Part shown: positions 62,452 to 64,000 of the stretch, one piece after another
Position numbering within the stretch: position 1 is the stretch's first letter
Layout of the letters: each line of letters starts with the position of its first letter
Source of the DNA: a virus
Reading direction: 5' to 3' (one strand)
Virus record (IMG/VR): IMGVR_UViG_3300042447_000691
Length of the DNA stretch: 64,000 nt
Position numbers and translations under genes: made by a program
The notes under the pieces: model-generated
Seen by the model: the letters and a program-made list of their open reading frames with translations, nothing else
Databases searched by the model: none
Told to the model about the DNA's origin: nothing

Positions 62452-62463
62452 AAAATAATTAGA

Positions 62464-63954
62464 ATGAAAAAATTAACACTAACAGGACAAACGTTAAATC
62501 AATTGTACAAATCTGTAGTTGAAAAAGACGTTGAAAACAGTTATAGACAATTTTTATCTACAAGAATTTCAGATATGGTTTTTACGTCTCCATATTTGTG
62601 TGATGGTTTTGGTGTTTCAGAAAAGTATAAAATAAGAATACTTTGTGAATTTAAAAAAGACGCCGATTTTAGGAAAAAAATAGACAGAGTACAGGCACTA
62701 TGTCAAGTTGTTGGTTACATAAAAAAATTCACAATAGATGCTATAAAAATACCTAATGTTGTTTTAATTGGTGATAGAAATGAATGGTTTGTTTTACACG
62801 TCAATGAAATATTTAATTACTTAAACTTAGATATTGATTGGAAAATTGCACCATCAGACGCTTACAAAAATCAAGTTTTGTTTAATGCTTTAATGGAAGA
62901 CGATAAAATTAATCCATTTGTTTTTGATGTTACTGAAATAGATCAAGTGGTTGATAAAATAAAAGACTTAGCAAAAAACGTTACAAGATTAATACCTATT
63001 ACTCCACAAAATATTACTGAAGTATTTTTGTATTTTGAAAAAAACGTCTTAGGAAAAAATAAACTTACAACAAATGAACTTGCTAATTTATTTGTTCAGA
63101 TTTTAATTAATCCTGACGATAATTACTTACATCCGGTTAAAAAAAGGAAGACTATTGTCACAAAATCGTTTAATGAAGTTCCGGTAAAAACAAGGGACTC
63201 GTTTAGTTCGTTTTTTAGTCACTTCGCTAATGAGTATAGTCCTACACAAAAAGAAGGTCTTACTGCGGTTGTTGACAGATTAATACAAGACGTTACAAGA
63301 CGTAAACAAGGTGAATTTTTTACACCGACAATATGGGTAGATAAAGCACACGAATATATAGCATCTGTTTATGGTGACGATTGGAAAGAAAAATATGTAG
63401 TTTGGGATCCAGCTTGGGGTACCGGTAATCTTACTCGTGATTATAAATTTAAGGAGTTATATGTATCGACATTAAATTATTCTGACATTCAGACTGCGGA
63501 CCAAATGAGTTATAATATGGGAGCAACAAAGTTTCAATATGATTTTTTGAATGATGATTATGATTTCTTGCCAAAGGGTTTGAGGGGGGCTATTGAGAGT
63601 GGAAAAGAGATTATTGCGTTGATGAATCCACCATATAAATTTTCGGGTAATGGTACGGGTAAAGGAGGGGTATTTGAATTACAAAATGTGACCCAAAAAG
63701 AAATGAAAGATAAAAATTTTGGAAAATCAGCAAATCAAATGTATCTCCAATTTTTATATAGGTTAAGTAATATGGGTAAAATACATTTATTATTTTTTTC
63801 AAATCCCACATTTTTAACTGGTTCAGGGTATTCTGTGTTTCGGGGGTTTTTTTTAAATAAATACGAATTTAAAAAAGGATTTATGATGAATGCTAAAGAA
63901 TTTGAAGGAACTAAAGAATGGGGTTTAACTTTTTCAATTTTTAATAAAAAATAA
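62464..63954 (+). CDS. Type IIG/IIC-like nuclease plus N6-adenine methyltransferase fusion
   Basis: N-terminal CDGF...CEFKK PD-(D/E)xK-like motif; GEFFTP, motif I WDPAWGTGNL, motif IV NPPY (gamma-class order). Confidence 0.8.
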   Translation: MKKLTLTGQTLNQLYKSVVEKDVENSYRQFLSTRISDMVFTSPYLCDGFGVSEKYKIRILCEFKKDADFRKKIDRVQALCQVVGYIKKFTIDAIKIPNVVLIGDRNEWFVLHVNEIFNYLNLDIDWKIAPSDAYKNQVLFNALMEDDKINPFVFDVTEIDQVVDKIKDLAKNVTRLIPITPQNITEVFLYFEKNVLGKNKLTTNELANLFVQILINPDDNYLHPVKKRKTIVTKSFNEVPVKTRDSFSSFFSHFANEYSPTQKEGLTAVVDRLIQDVTRRKQGEFFTPTIWVDKAHEYIASVYGDDWKEKYVVWDPAWGTGNLTRDYKFKELYVSTLNYSDIQTADQMSYNMGATKFQYDFLNDDYDFLPKGLRGAIESGKEIIALMNPPYKFSGNGTGKGGVFELQNVTQKEMKDKNFGKSANQMYLQFLYRLSNMGKIHLLFFSNPTFLTGSGYSVFRGFFLNKYEFKKGFMMNAKEFEGTKEWGLTFSIFNKK

Positions 63955-63955
63955 T

Positions 63956-64000
63956 ATGATAAATTTTGATATCTTGAAATCAAACGATAAGTTTGAAATT
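63956..64000 (+). CDS. Start of the next ORF (MINFDILKSNDKFEI...), truncated by the window edge
   Basis: ATG 1 nt after the methyltransferase stop; open to the end of the window. Confidence 0.4.
   Translation, partial: MINFDILKSNDKFEI

Noticed and set aside
1-64000. Stop-codon reassignment (alternative genetic code)
   Set aside because: Long intact ORFs tile the + strand under the standard code, and TAG/TGA end genes at sensible positions (for example 11433, 14687, 48584).
1-64000. tRNA, rRNA or integrase genes
   Set aside because: Intergenic gaps are short and none shows a cloverleaf or conserved RNA pattern by eye; no recombinase motifs were seen. A tRNAscan/Infernal run would be decisive.

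Overview
A 64 kb segment of a large, AT-rich, contractile-tailed (myovirus-like, jumbo-type) bacteriophage genome. All credible genes lie on the + strand. The host is probably in Bacteroidota, inferred from A/T-rich leaders with no Shine-Dalgarno, TTG-N19-TAnnTTG-type promoters and SprB-like repeats. From left to right: (1) tail tube-initiator/hub genes (5'-truncated tube-like protein with an inserted OmpA-like domain, LysM/gp53-like protein, 2444-aa hub-like protein); (2) replication/recombination block (gp32-like SSB, RecA/UvsX, 5'-3' exonuclease, DnaB-like helicase, class II RNR, HNH-like endonuclease); (3) baseplate wedge module (gp25, gp6/J, a giant membrane-hairpin protein, gpI/gp7-like protein); (4) a ~14 kb fibre/adhesin cluster of SprB-like, Cys-rich, Thr-rich and (Pro-Thr)n proteins plus an S74-chaperone tail fibre, with a GT60-type (polypeptide GlcNAc-transferase-like) glycosyltransferase in the middle; (5) RuvC, primase, Cas4-like nuclease, SbcD and SbcC separated by an HNH cassette and other genes; (6) a nuclease-methyltransferase fusion at the right edge. 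The best candidate for an undescribed system is a phage-encoded mucin-type O-glycosylation module (GT60 plus PT-repeat fibre substrates). No tRNA, rRNA, CRISPR array, integrase or reverse transcriptase was seen. All family calls come from motif recognition by eye, not from database searches.
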